The notes under the pieces were generated by a model. It worked only from the letters and a program-made list of their open reading frames with translations, had not been told where the DNA came from and did not search any database. Below, piece after piece: positions 21,647 through 31,269 of a DNA stretch of 64,000 bases (position 1 is the first letter of the stretch; each line of letters starts with the position of its first letter). Position numbers and translations under genes: made by a program. The DNA is taken from contig CAYPAX010000008.1 in NCBI GenBank assembly GCA_964408735.1, positions 2,025 to 66,024 on the forward strand. Direction: 5' to 3'. The DNA is from an uncultured Rhodospirillaceae bacterium. GTDB lineage: Bacteria; Pseudomonadota; Alphaproteobacteria; UBA7887.

Positions 21647-23304
21647 GCGGCGAGATCAGCACCGGCGAAGCCCTGCTGCGGCGCCTCAAGACGCTCGGCA
21701 TCGACTATCTGTTCGCCAATTCGGGCACCGATTTCCCGCCGCTGATCGAGGCGCTGGCGGGCGGCGACGCCGATGCCATGCCGCAACCCCTTGTCATGCC
21801 CCACGAGCATGCGGCAATGGGCATGGCGCACGGCTACACCCAGGCCACGGGGCGGCCCCAGGCCGTGATGGTGCACACCAATGTTGGCTTGGCCAATGCC
21901 GCCATCGGCGCGCTGAATGCGGCCTACGACCAGATCCCGATGATCCTCTGCTCGGGCCGCACCCCGGCTACCGAGCACGGTCGCCTCGGCTCGCGCAACA
22001 ACCCCATCAACTGGGGCCAGGAGATGCGCGACCAGGCGGCGTTGGTGCGCGAGGTTGTGAAGTGGGATTACGAGCTGCGCTTTCCCGAGCAGGTCTACGA
22101 CGTTCTCGATCGCGCCTGGGCCATCGCCATGTCCGCGCCGCGCGGGCCGGTCTATCTCAGCTTGCCGCGCGAGGTGCTGAGCGCACCGTGCCCGCCGCCC
22201 ACGGCCGGCCCGGCGCTGGTGCCGGCCCAGGCAGGCCCGGCGGCAGAGGATGTCGCCCGGGCGGCGGCGATATTGGCCGCGGCCGAGCGGCCGCTGATCG
22301 TCACCCAGCGTGGCGCTGGCGGGGCGGAAGGGTTCGCCACCCTGGCCCGGCTCGCCGAGCGTTGGGCCATTCCCGTCACCCAGTTCTGGCCACTGCAACT
22401 CGCCATTGCCAGCGACCATGCCATGAATGGCGGCCCCGACCCGGCGCCTTGGCTGGCCGAGGCCGACGCGGTGCTGGTCATCAATGCGCTGACGCCCTGG
22501 GCGCCGTCGCAAGCCTCGCCACCGCCGGGCTGCAAGGTCATCCATGTCGGGCCGGATCCTTTGTTCGCTCGCTATCCGATACGCGGCCACCGCGCTGACG
22601 CGACCGTGACCGGCGACGTGGCGGCCGTCCTCGCCGCCTTGGAGGCCGAGATGGGCGCACCGCACGCAGGCTGGCAGAGTGCGGCAGAGCGCTGCCGCGA
22701 TATCCGTGCGGCGGCACAATCCGAAGCCGAGGCCGGCAACGGCTCACCCATGACCAAGGCCTGGGCGGCGAAATGCGTCTCGGATCTGCTGGCAGAGAAT
22801 GACAGCGTTTTGATCACCGAGCTCGGTTGCCCCACTGCAAACATGACCCTGAGCCGTGCCGACGCCTTCCACCAGGAGCCCCATTCGGGCGGCCTCGGCT
22901 GGGGTTTTCCGGCGGCACTCGGCAGGCGTCTTGCCGAACCCGATCGCCTGGTGGTGGCGACCGTCGGCGACGGCTCCTACATCTTTGCCAATCCCGTCGC
23001 CTGCCATCAGATCGCCGAGGCGCTGGACCTGCCGATCCTGCTCGTGGTGCTCAACAACGGTGCCTGGAACGCGGTGCGCCGGGCCACGCTCGACATCTTT
23101 CCCGACGGCAACGCCGCACGCGCCAACGCCATGCCGCTGACCTCGCTGTCGCCATCGCCGGATTTCGCCAAGCTGGCCGAGGCCCACCGTGCCTGGTCGG
23201 AGGCGGTGGAGGTGGGTAGCGAGCTGCCGGCAGCCCTTGCGCGGGCGGCCGAGGTGGTGTTGAAGGAGCGTCGTCTGGCGCTGTTGGAAGTACGGGTTTC
23301 ATAG
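21643..23304 (+). CDS. Thiamine pyrophosphate-dependent enzyme (acetolactate synthase-like / IolD-like)
   Basis: 553-aa ORF with TPP-enzyme N-terminal, central and C-terminal TPP-binding domains (GDGSYIF...NNGAWNA). Start overlaps the upstream stop by 4 nt. Confidence 0.85.
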   Translation: MSGEISTGEALLRRLKTLGIDYLFANSGTDFPPLIEALAGGDADAMPQPLVMPHEHAAMGMAHGYTQATGRPQAVMVHTNVGLANAAIGALNAAYDQIPMILCSGRTPATEHGRLGSRNNPINWGQEMRDQAALVREVVKWDYELRFPEQVYDVLDRAWAIAMSAPRGPVYLSLPREVLSAPCPPPTAGPALVPAQAGPAAEDVARAAAILAAAERPLIVTQRGAGGAEGFATLARLAERWAIPVTQFWPLQLAIASDHAMNGGPDPAPWLAEADAVLVINALTPWAPSQASPPPGCKVIHVGPDPLFARYPIRGHRADATVTGDVAAVLAALEAEMGAPHAGWQSAAERCRDIRAAAQSEAEAGNGSPMTKAWAAKCVSDLLAENDSVLITELGCPTANMTLSRADAFHQEPHSGGLGWGFPAALGRRLAEPDRLVVATVGDGSYIFANPVACHQIAEALDLPILLVVLNNGAWNAVRRATLDIFPDGNAARANAMPLTSLSPSPDFAKLAEAHRAWSEAVEVGSELPAALARAAEVVLKERRLALLEVRVS

Positions 23305-23305
23305 C

Positions 23306-24772
23306 ATGAGCGAAATCGCACTGGGCGACATTCCGGCCCATTACGCCGAGGCCTTGGGCGACGACCGGGTGGCGCTGATTCACCCCGACGGCGAGCTGAG
23401 CTGGGGCGGGCTGGAGCGTGCGGCAAACCGCCGCGCTCGCCGGCTTGCCGAGCTCGGCGTTGGCGGCGACGACCTGGTCACCATCGCGCTGCCCAACGGC
23501 AACCGCTTTTTCGAGACCACTTTCGCGATCTGGAAGCTGGGCGCGACGCCGCATGTGGTGTCGTCGAAACTGCCGCCCGCAGAGTTGCGCGAGATCGTCG
23601 CCGTGGCCGAGCCGCGCCTGGTCATCGGCGTCGATGCGGACATTCTGCCCGGCACGGCGACCCTGCCCGAGGATTTCGCCGCCGACGGTCACGACGACGG
23701 GCCCATGCCGGTCAAGGTGGCGCGCTATTGGAAGGCCATGTCGAGCGGCGGCTCCACGGGGCGGCCCAAGATCATCGTCGACCACAATCCGGCGGCGATC
23801 GACCCTGAGGAGGAGGATTTCCTCGATATGCCGCGCGCGGGCTGCCTGCTCAACCCGGGCCCGCTCTACCACAATGCGCCTTTCATCATGGCCCATCGCG
23901 GCCTGTTTCGCGGCAACCGGATTGTCGGCATGCAGCGGTTCGATGCGGCGGAGTCCCTGCGCCTGATCGAGCGTCATCGCGTCGAATGGGTGATGATGGT
24001 GCCGACCATGATGCACCGCATCTGGCGCCTCGAAGCGGCCGAGCGCGAGGCTTTCGATCTATCCAGTCTGCGCATTGTCAGTCATGTCGCGGCACCCATG
24101 CCGGTCTGGCTCAAGCAGAACTGGGTAGACTGGCTCGGGCCCGATCGGGTCTGGGAGCTCTATGGCGGCACGGAAGGCACGGGTGCGACCTGGTGCAGCG
24201 GCACGGAGTGGCTGGCCCACAAGGGCACGGTGGGCAAGACCGTGCGCGGCTCGCGGGTGCGCATCCTCGACGAGGACGGCAAGGATTGCGCGCCGGGAGA
24301 GATGGGCGAGGTCTTCCTGATGCCGGAAGCCGGGCCGGCCAGCAGCTACCACTATATCGGCGCCGAGGCCAAGGTCGCGGACGGCGGCTGGGAGACCCTC
24401 GGCGATGTCGGCTGGCTCGACGAGGACGGCTACCTCTATCTCGGCGACCGCCGCGGCGACATGATCATCGCCGGCGGCGCCAACATCTACCCGGCCGAGG
24501 TGGAATCGGCGCTGGCCGAGCATCCCGGCGTCGATACGGTGGTCGCCATCGGCCTGCCGGACGAGGATATGGGCGAGGTGGTGCACGCCATCGTGCAGCC
24601 CCACGACGGCTGGCAGGACAGGCTGGACGACGCCGCGTTGGCGGAATTCGCCGAGACGCGCCTGGCGCGCTACAAGACCCCGCGCAGTTATGAATTCGTC
24701 GACTATTCGTTGCGTGATGACGCCGGCAAGGTACGCCGCTCGCAATTGCGCGCGGAGCGCGTCGCCGATTAG
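23306..24772 (+). CDS. AMP-dependent synthetase/ligase (acyl-CoA synthetase family)
   Basis: 488-aa ORF with the AMP-binding signature (MSSGGSTGRPK) and C-terminal lid. Confidence 0.85.
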   Translation: MSEIALGDIPAHYAEALGDDRVALIHPDGELSWGGLERAANRRARRLAELGVGGDDLVTIALPNGNRFFETTFAIWKLGATPHVVSSKLPPAELREIVAVAEPRLVIGVDADILPGTATLPEDFAADGHDDGPMPVKVARYWKAMSSGGSTGRPKIIVDHNPAAIDPEEEDFLDMPRAGCLLNPGPLYHNAPFIMAHRGLFRGNRIVGMQRFDAAESLRLIERHRVEWVMMVPTMMHRIWRLEAAEREAFDLSSLRIVSHVAAPMPVWLKQNWVDWLGPDRVWELYGGTEGTGATWCSGTEWLAHKGTVGKTVRGSRVRILDEDGKDCAPGEMGEVFLMPEAGPASSYHYIGAEAKVADGGWETLGDVGWLDEDGYLYLGDRRGDMIIAGGANIYPAEVESALAEHPGVDTVVAIGLPDEDMGEVVHAIVQPHDGWQDRLDDAALAEFAETRLARYKTPRSYEFVDYSLRDDAGKVRRSQLRAERVAD

Positions 24773-25623
24773 CTCCGGTCGAGGAAGGTTCCGGCGCGCA
24801 GGTCGTCGAAGGCCTGCATGAGCTCCTCGCGGCTGTTCATGACGAAGGGGCCATGGCGGGCCACAGGCTCGCCGATGGGCCGGCCGGCCAGCAGCAGCAG
24901 GCGGGCCTTGCCTGCCAGGTGCACGCTGTTGCCCTCGCCGAGCACGGCGAGATTGTCCGCGGGCACGGCCGTGCCGGCGATGGTCGCGGTGCCGGCAAAG
25001 ACATAGGCGAAGGCATTGTGGCCTTGGGGCACGTCGAAAGTCGTCGTCTCGCCCTCGCCGAGCGAGACATCGAGGAACAGCGGCGCGCTGTCGATCCCCG
25101 AGATCGGGCCCGTGACGCCCTTGGCCTCGCCGGCCACGACACGGACCTTGCCGCCGTCCGGCAGGGCCACTTCGGGAATGTCCTGCGGCGGGATGTCCTG
25201 ATAGCGCGGCGCGATCATCTTGCGCGCGGCGGGCAGGTTGACCCAAAGCTGGAAACCGTGCAGGCGACCGTCCTCCTGCTCGGGCATTTCCGAATGTATG
25301 ACGCCGCGCCCGGCGGTCATCCATTGCGCGCTGCCGGACTCCAGCAGGCCCTCGCCGCCGGTGCTGTCGCGGTGGCGCATGCGGCCCTCCACCATATAGG
25401 TCACGGTCTCGAAGCCGCGATGGGGGTGCTCGGGAAAGCCGGCGATGTAGTCGGTCGCGGAATCGGATTCGATATTGTCGAGCAGCAGAAAAGGGTCGAG
25501 GTGGTCCAACATCGGGCTGCCGATGCTGCGCTTGAGCTTGACGCCGGCGCCGTCGGAGGTGGGCATGGCGGTGATGGTGCGCGTGACGGAACGCGGTTTG
25601 CTGGTCATGCTAAACCTCTCCAA
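24769..25623 (-). CDS. Pirin family protein
   Basis: Cupin motifs HPHRGFETVTYMVEG and bicupin length. Convergent 4-nt overlap with the ligase gene. Alternative start at 25608. Confidence 0.9.
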   Translation of the reverse strand: MERFSMTSKPRSVTRTITAMPTSDGAGVKLKRSIGSPMLDHLDPFLLLDNIESDSATDYIAGFPEHPHRGFETVTYMVEGRMRHRDSTGGEGLLESGSAQWMTAGRGVIHSEMPEQEDGRLHGFQLWVNLPAARKMIAPRYQDIPPQDIPEVALPDGGKVRVVAGEAKGVTGPISGIDSAPLFLDVSLGEGETTTFDVPQGHNAFAYVFAGTATIAGTAVPADNLAVLGEGNSVHLAGKARLLLLAGRPIGEPVARHGPFVMNSREELMQAFDDLRAGTFLDRS

Positions 25624-26569
25624 GCTCGTCTCTGTCGTGAGGCAGGGTGAAATCCAGGTCCGGACCCTTCGGCACGATGCCGGTTGGATTTATGCTGTCA
25701 TGGCAGATGTAGTAGTGGCGCTTGATATGATCCATGTCCACAGTGGCTGCGATACCCGGGGTCTGGTAGAGGTCGCGCGTGAAGCCCCAGAGAGCCGGAT
25801 AATCGACGATTCGCTTCTTGTTGCACTTGAAGTGTCCGGCATAGACCGAGTCGAAACGCACCAGCGTTGTGAACAGGCGGATATCGGCTTCGGTCAGGCG
25901 ATTTCCCACCAGATAGCGTTGCCGGGCCAGCCGCTCTTCAAGCCGGTCGAGGGCCTCGAAGAGCCTGTCGAATGCCTGCTCGTAGGCGCCTTGCGTGGTG
26001 GCGAAGCCGCAGGCATACACGCCATTGTTGACCGCACGATAGACCCAGGCATTGACCTCGTCGATCTCCTCGCGCAGGGCGCTGGGATAGAGGTCAACCG
26101 TGGCGTCGCCCCATTCATCGAAAGCGCCGTTGAGCATGCGAATGATCTCGGCGGATTCGTTGTTGACGATGGTTTCGCTATCGCGGTCCCACAGCACCGG
26201 TACGGTGACCCGGCCGCTATAGGCGGCATCGGCGCGGGCATAAAGGCGGTGTAGCGCATTTTCGCCGTAGAGGTGATCGAGCGTGCCGCCGTCGTCGGGA
26301 TTGAAGCCCCAGCCCTCGCCCCAGACCGGCGCCACGACCGAAACTGAGACGACCTCTTCCAGTTTCTTGAGCGCCCGCACGATAAGGGTGCGGTGGGCCC
26401 AGGGGCAGGCCAGCGAGACATAGAGATGATAGCGGCTCGCCGCGGCAGGGAAGGGCCCGTCGTCGCCGATGGCCTGGCGAAAGGCGCTCTGCTTGCGCAC
26501 GAAGTGGCCGTCGGTGCTGCGCGTGTCGTACCAGCCTTCCGACCAGACGCCACTCTCCAAATATCCCAT
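25610..26569 (-). CDS. Xi-class glutathione transferase / glutathionyl-hydroquinone reductase (YqjG/ECM4-like)
   Basis: RYHLYVSLACPWAHRTLI catalytic Cys-Pro motif. 319 aa. Confidence 0.85.
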   Translation of the reverse strand: MGYLESGVWSEGWYDTRSTDGHFVRKQSAFRQAIGDDGPFPAAASRYHLYVSLACPWAHRTLIVRALKKLEEVVSVSVVAPVWGEGWGFNPDDGGTLDHLYGENALHRLYARADAAYSGRVTVPVLWDRDSETIVNNESAEIIRMLNGAFDEWGDATVDLYPSALREEIDEVNAWVYRAVNNGVYACGFATTQGAYEQAFDRLFEALDRLEERLARQRYLVGNRLTEADIRLFTTLVRFDSVYAGHFKCNKKRIVDYPALWGFTRDLYQTPGIAATVDMDHIKRHYYICHDSINPTGIVPKGPDLDFTLPHDRDELGEV

Positions 26570-26587
26570 GTCGCCTCTCCTTACTGC

Positions 26588-27016
26588 TCAGGCGCCTTGT
26601 CCGAGCGGGCGTGTCATGACGAAGCGTCTCACATCGAGCGCCCAGGCGCCGTTGCCCAGGAAGGCCTGGGCGAGGGCTGCGGCGACGAGGAAGAGCGGAT
26701 ATTCCCAGCCGCCGCCTTGGGCGCTGAACAGCCAGCCATTGCCCCAATGCACGGCAGTGGCGCCGAGCAACACGGGAACCAGGGCCAGGGCGACCGCACG
26801 GGTGCCAACGCCGAGGATGAGCAGCGCGCCGCCAGCCACTTCGGCAAAGACTGTGGCATAGGCGAGCCAGCCGGGAAAGCCGACGCTTTCGAAAAAGCCA
26901 ACCGTACCGGGAAGCGTGAAGACGAAAACCTTCAACAGGCCATGGGCGACGAACATGACGCCGAGGGCCAGGCGCAGAACGAACGCGCCATATGCGGCGG
27001 AAGCCTGTGTGGTCAT
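26588..27016 (-). CDS. DoxX family membrane protein
   Basis: 142 aa, four transmembrane helices. DoxX-like GLLKVF...GLGLL patterns. Confidence 0.85.
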   Translation of the reverse strand: MTTQASAAYGAFVLRLALGVMFVAHGLLKVFVFTLPGTVGFFESVGFPGWLAYATVFAEVAGGALLILGVGTRAVALALVPVLLGATAVHWGNGWLFSAQGGGWEYPLFLVAAALAQAFLGNGAWALDVRRFVMTRPLGQGA

Positions 27017-27083
27017 AGGGAACCTCCATTCGACTTAAGGGGTGATTGCCGTTGCTGTAGGTGTAAGTGGTTCACTGAAGAAT

Positions 27084-27110
27084 GATAATCCCCCTAAATC
27101 GAACATTATC
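27084..27110. promoter_or_regulatory. Candidate LysR-type binding palindrome (GATAAT-N15-ATTATC)
   Basis: Perfect 6-bp inverted repeat in the AT-rich 111-bp divergent region between the DoxX and LysR genes. Confidence 0.3.
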
Positions 27111-27127
27111 GTTTATAATTATGAACA

Positions 27128-28021
27128 ATGGATCATGCCTTCGCCTTGATCGTATTTGCCCGTGTGGTCGACAGCGGCAGCTTCTCTGCTGCTGCCAGGC
27201 AACTCGGCCTCTCAAAGGGCGGTGTCAGCAAGCATGTGGGCCGGCTGGAGGAACGCTACGGCCTGCGTCTGCTCAACCGCACCACGCGCCGGCTCAGCCT
27301 TACGGAAGCGGGCCGCTCGGTCTATGAGCGCGCGGCGCGTGTGGCCGAGGAGACGGCGGCAGCGGACGCCGCGGCTTCGGCTCTCACCGAAGAGCCGCGG
27401 GGGTTGTTGCGTTTGACGCTGCCGACTTCGTTCGGTTTGCGCCGGGTCTCGCCGTTGCTGCCGGCATTCCTGGCGCAATATCCCGAGGTCAGCGTCGACG
27501 TCACGGTCAGCGACCGATTTCTCGATCTCGTCGGCGAGGGCTACGACCTGGCGATCCGTATCGGTGAGTTGCCGGACTCGACCCTGGTCGCGCGCAAGAT
27601 CGCCGAAAGCCGGGTCGTCGTGTGCGCTTCGCCCGCCTATTGGCAGGCCCACGGCCGGCCCGCACGTCCGGTCGATCTCAAGCACCATCATTGTTTGGTC
27701 TATCGCGGCGCCGCTCCGCTCGGCGAGTGGCGCTTTGCCGGCGATACCGTTGTCCGGGTCAAAGGCGCCATGATCTCGGACAATGGCGACGTCCTCATCG
27801 ATGCCGCCTGCGCCGGCCTCGGCGTTTGCTACACGCCGGGTTTCTTGGCGGACGCCGCGCTTGCCGACGGCCGGCTCGAGAGCGTGCTGGAGAATTGCGA
27901 AACAAAGCCAATTCCGATTTACGCGATGCACACCCACGGCCGCCATCCGGCCGCCAAGGTTCGCGCCTTCATCGATTATCTGAGCGTTCAGTCTCGGGCG
28001 AGCGCGGCGGCGGAAACGTAA
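27128..28021 (+). CDS. LysR family transcriptional regulator
   Basis: N-terminal HTH (FARVVDSGSFSAAARQLGLSKGGVSKHV) and LysR substrate-binding domain. Divergent from the DoxX gene. Confidence 0.9.
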   Translation: MDHAFALIVFARVVDSGSFSAAARQLGLSKGGVSKHVGRLEERYGLRLLNRTTRRLSLTEAGRSVYERAARVAEETAAADAAASALTEEPRGLLRLTLPTSFGLRRVSPLLPAFLAQYPEVSVDVTVSDRFLDLVGEGYDLAIRIGELPDSTLVARKIAESRVVVCASPAYWQAHGRPARPVDLKHHHCLVYRGAAPLGEWRFAGDTVVRVKGAMISDNGDVLIDAACAGLGVCYTPGFLADAALADGRLESVLENCETKPIPIYAMHTHGRHPAAKVRAFIDYLSVQSRASAAAET

Positions 28022-28835
28022 AGCACGGCGGCAATCAACATCACGGCGGAGAAGCCGAAGCGCATGGCGATCAGCGTCGCCAGCATGGCGCTGAGCACCG
28101 AGGCGCAGCCGTTCACGCCCCAGGCCCAGGGCACCAGCGCCGGGGTCGCCTGGCGCACTTGTGCCAGGCCGAGCGGGAAGGGCATGCCCATGAAGAAGGC
28201 CAGCGGCGCGATGACGGCGATGGCGACAGCGAATTTCGCGGCGGTGGGAACGGTTGCCAAGGCAGCGAAGACCTCTGGCAGCAGCCAGGGATAGGAGAGC
28301 GACAGAATGGCGATGGCGGCGACCGCAAGGGGGATGGCGAAGCGCTGCGAGACGGCACTGCCCAGGCCGGAGAAGACCAGGAAGCCGGCGAGCGCCGCCG
28401 CCACAGCATAGACCGGGTGGCTGAGGAACAGCACCAGCGTCTGGATCACGGCGATCTCGATGAAGAGATATAGCCGGCGCCGAAGAAGAACGGCACCACC
28501 AGTGCGACATACATCGCTGGCAGGGCGGCCAGCTGCCAGGGATTCCAGAGCACCGCCTTGGCGTTGAAGGGAATGGCCTGGGCGGCGAGGAAGGCGAGCG
28601 GGGCGGTAATCGCGAACAACAACGCCGTGCCTGCGAAGCCCGCCGTGGCGTGGCGGTGCAACCAGCCTTGGGTCAGGGCGATGACACTGCCGCTGGCGCC
28701 GAAGCCGAGCAGGGCGATGCTGATCGCCATGAAGGCGAAGTGATGCCACTGCACGATGGCGAACAGGCGCACCAGCAGCACTTCGTAGGCGAGCACCGCG
28801 GCGGAGACCAGCGCCAGCGCCAGGTTCGCGGTCAT
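27988..28835 (-). pseudogene. Polytopic membrane protein gene interrupted by a frameshift near 28450-28475
   Basis: Two overlapping minus-strand ORFs (28446..29051 and 27988..28749) are both hydrophobic and membrane-like. One continues where the other stops (..FFFGAGY | LFIEIAVIQTLVLF..). Start ATG at 28833-28835 forms an ATGA overlap with the pcm stop. Confidence 0.5.
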
Positions 28836-29560
28836 TCGCGCGGGCGGGTCAGCGGCACGAAGCGCACCGGCAGCAGCTGACGCGTGGTGACGGCGCCTGC
28901 CGCATCCTTCTCCACGAGTGTCAGGAATTGCGGCCCGTAGACGTCGCCGACCGGGATCACCATGCGCCCGCCTGGCTTGAGCTGCTGCACCAGCGGCGGC
29001 GGCACGTGGCCCGCCGCGGCGGTGACGGTGATGCCGTCGAAGGGCCCGCACTCGGGCCAGCCCATGTAGCCGTCGCCGATGCGCGCGCGCACGTTGTCGT
29101 AGCCGAGCTCTGCCAGGCGCGCGGCGGCGCTCTCGCCGAGCGGCGCGATGATCTCCATGCTGCAGACTTCCGTTACCAGCGGCGCCAGCACCGCCGCCTG
29201 GTAGCCCGAGCCGGTGCCGATCTCGAGCACTCTGGCCTCCGGCCCGACACCCAGCAGCTCGGTCATCAGGGCGACGATGAAGGGCTGCGAGATGGTCTGG
29301 CCGTGGCCGATCGGCAGCGGCGTGTCGGCATAGGCGTCACGGCGGTAGGCCTCGGGCACGAAAAGGTGCCGCGGCACGGTTTTCATCACGGCCAGCACTT
29401 CCGGCGAGATCAGCTCGCCGGACGGCGCAAGAGAGTCCGCATGGCGCTCGATGACGCGCACCATCAGCGCCCGCGCCTCCGCCCAGCCATCGTCGGCAAT
29501 GGCTGGTGTGGTCCACAGGGCGGCAAAGCAGAGCAGTGCTATGAGCGGTGGCTGTCTCAT
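28832..29560 (-). CDS. pcm: Protein-L-isoaspartate O-methyltransferase, secreted form
   Basis: Internal start MRQPPLIALLCFAALW (signal peptide), then the PIMT core (VLEIGTGSGYQAAVLA, SAM motif I). The upstream 330 aa of the track ORF are junk opposite a + strand SDR gene. Confidence 0.85.
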   Translation of the reverse strand: MRQPPLIALLCFAALWTTPAIADDGWAEARALMVRVIERHADSLAPSGELISPEVLAVMKTVPRHLFVPEAYRRDAYADTPLPIGHGQTISQPFIVALMTELLGVGPEARVLEIGTGSGYQAAVLAPLVTEVCSMEIIAPLGESAAARLAELGYDNVRARIGDGYMGWPECGPFDGITVTAAAGHVPPPLVQQLKPGGRMVIPVGDVYGPQFLTLVEKDAAGAVTTRQLLPVRFVPLTRPRE

Positions 29561-29632
29561 GATCGTTTCCAGCTGTGGGCCATGATGGTACGCCTTGTCA
29601 TAGCCCGCGTCATCGCCAAGGAGGGAAACGAC

Positions 29633-30412
29633 ATGGATCTGGGGATTGCCGGCCGCAAGGCCATTGTCTGTGCATCCAGCAAGGGGCTGGGGCGCGCCTG
29701 TGCCCAGTCCCTGGCGCGCGAGGGGGTCGATCTGGTGGTCAATGGGCGCGGGCCCGAGGCGCTGGAGCAAACCGCCGCGGATATTCGCGCCGAGAGCGGC
29801 GTGGCGGTGACCGCTGTGGCCTGCGATGCCACGACGCCCGAGGGCCAGCAGGCCCTGCTCGCGGCCTGTCCCGAGCCGGATATTCTGGTCAACAATGCGG
29901 GCGGGCCGCCGCCCGGCGATTTTCGCGACTGGGATCGGGAGGACTGGCAGGAGGCGCTGGTGGCCAACATGCTCGCGCCCATCGAGCTCATGAAGGCGAC
30001 CGTCGACGGCATGATGGCGCGCGGTTTCGGGCGCATCGTCAACATCACCTCGGCCTCGACCAAATGCCCGATCCCCGACCTCGGCATGTCGAACGGCGCG
30101 CGCACCGGGCTGGCCGGCTTCGTGGCCGGGCTGGCGCGCCAGACCGTGCGCCGCAACGTCACCATCAACTCGCTTTTGCCCGGCGCCTTCGTTACCGACC
30201 GCATGCGCCAGCACATGACCTATACCGGCGCCCAGCAGGGCATGGACTTCGAGACCTTCGCCGCGGCGGCGGCGGAACAGAACCCGGCCGGCCGGCTCGG
30301 TGACCCGGCGGAATTCGGCGACGCCTGCGCCTTTCTCTGTGCCGCGCAGTCGGGCTATGTCACCGGCCAGCACTACCTGATGGACGGCGGCAACTTCCGC
30401 GGCACCTTTTGA
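29633..30412 (+). CDS. SDR family oxidoreductase
   Basis: ATG at 29633 with AAGGAGGG Shine-Dalgarno. Rossmann motif (GRKAIVCASSKGLGRA). Catalytic S...YxxxK-like core. Confidence 0.85.
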   Translation: MDLGIAGRKAIVCASSKGLGRACAQSLAREGVDLVVNGRGPEALEQTAADIRAESGVAVTAVACDATTPEGQQALLAACPEPDILVNNAGGPPPGDFRDWDREDWQEALVANMLAPIELMKATVDGMMARGFGRIVNITSASTKCPIPDLGMSNGARTGLAGFVAGLARQTVRRNVTINSLLPGAFVTDRMRQHMTYTGAQQGMDFETFAAAAAEQNPAGRLGDPAEFGDACAFLCAAQSGYVTGQHYLMDGGNFRGTF

Positions 30413-30474
30413 CGCCGGCGGGATAACCTCGGTTAAGGTGGTGCGCACAGGCTGGCGGCATCCTCGGGGGTAAC

Positions 30475-31269
30475 ATGGCAGAACGCAGGACGGCACTGGT
30501 GACGGGGGCGGCGCGGGGCATCGGCCGCGCCATCGCGACACGATTGGTGCAGCGCGGCGACCGTGTCGCGCTTATCGACATCGCCCCCGATGTCGCGGCG
30601 ACCGCCGACGCTATCGGTGCGGCCGTTGCCGTGCAGGCGGACGTCAGCGACGCCGACGCGGTGGCCGAGGCGGTTCGAGAGGTCGGTCCCGTCGAGATAT
30701 TGGTCAACAATGCCGGGCTGGTGAAGAACATCGCGCCCGTCGGCCGCATGACCAGCGAGGCCTGGGAGACGGAGCTGGCGGTCAATCTCGGCGGGCCGTT
30801 CAACCTCATCCGGGCGGTCATCGGACCGATGGTCGAGGCGGGCTGGGGGCGCATCGTCAACATATCGTCCGTGGCAGCGCGCGGGGGCTTGCATTACCAG
30901 GCCGGCTACGGCGCCTCGAAGGCCGGGCTGCTCAGCCTCACCCACACCGTGACCCTGGAATATGCCCGCCACGGCATCACCTGCAACGCGATCCTCCCGG
31001 GCGTGATCGAGACCGAGAACGTCAAGGCCATGCCGCGGGCCATACGGGATTCGGTCATCGCCAGCGCGCCGGCGCGGCGCCTCGGCAAGGTCGAGGAGGT
31101 GGCGTATCTCGTCGCCTTCCTGGCCTCGGAAGAGGCCGGCTACATCAGCGGCGCGGAGATCGATATCGACGGCGGCACGCGTCTGAGTGCCATCACGCTC
31201 GGCAGCCGCAGCGAGTTGAAGGAGCGCGCCGAAGCCCTTGCCAGGGCACTCGAGGAGAGCGAGTCATGA
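30475..31269 (+). CDS. SDR family oxidoreductase
   Basis: TGAARGIGRA Rossmann motif. YGASKAG catalytic Tyr/Lys. Confidence 0.85.
   Translation: MAERRTALVTGAARGIGRAIATRLVQRGDRVALIDIAPDVAATADAIGAAVAVQADVSDADAVAEAVREVGPVEILVNNAGLVKNIAPVGRMTSEAWETELAVNLGGPFNLIRAVIGPMVEAGWGRIVNISSVAARGGLHYQAGYGASKAGLLSLTHTVTLEYARHGITCNAILPGVIETENVKAMPRAIRDSVIASAPARRLGKVEEVAYLVAFLASEEAGYISGAEIDIDGGTRLSAITLGSRSELKERAEALARALEESES

Noticed and set aside
28832-30541. 569-aa minus-strand ORF treated as one gene
   Set aside because: Only the last 242 aa form a real protein (secreted Pcm, start 29560). The upstream part is opposite a bona fide + strand SDR gene (29633..30412) and has junk composition.
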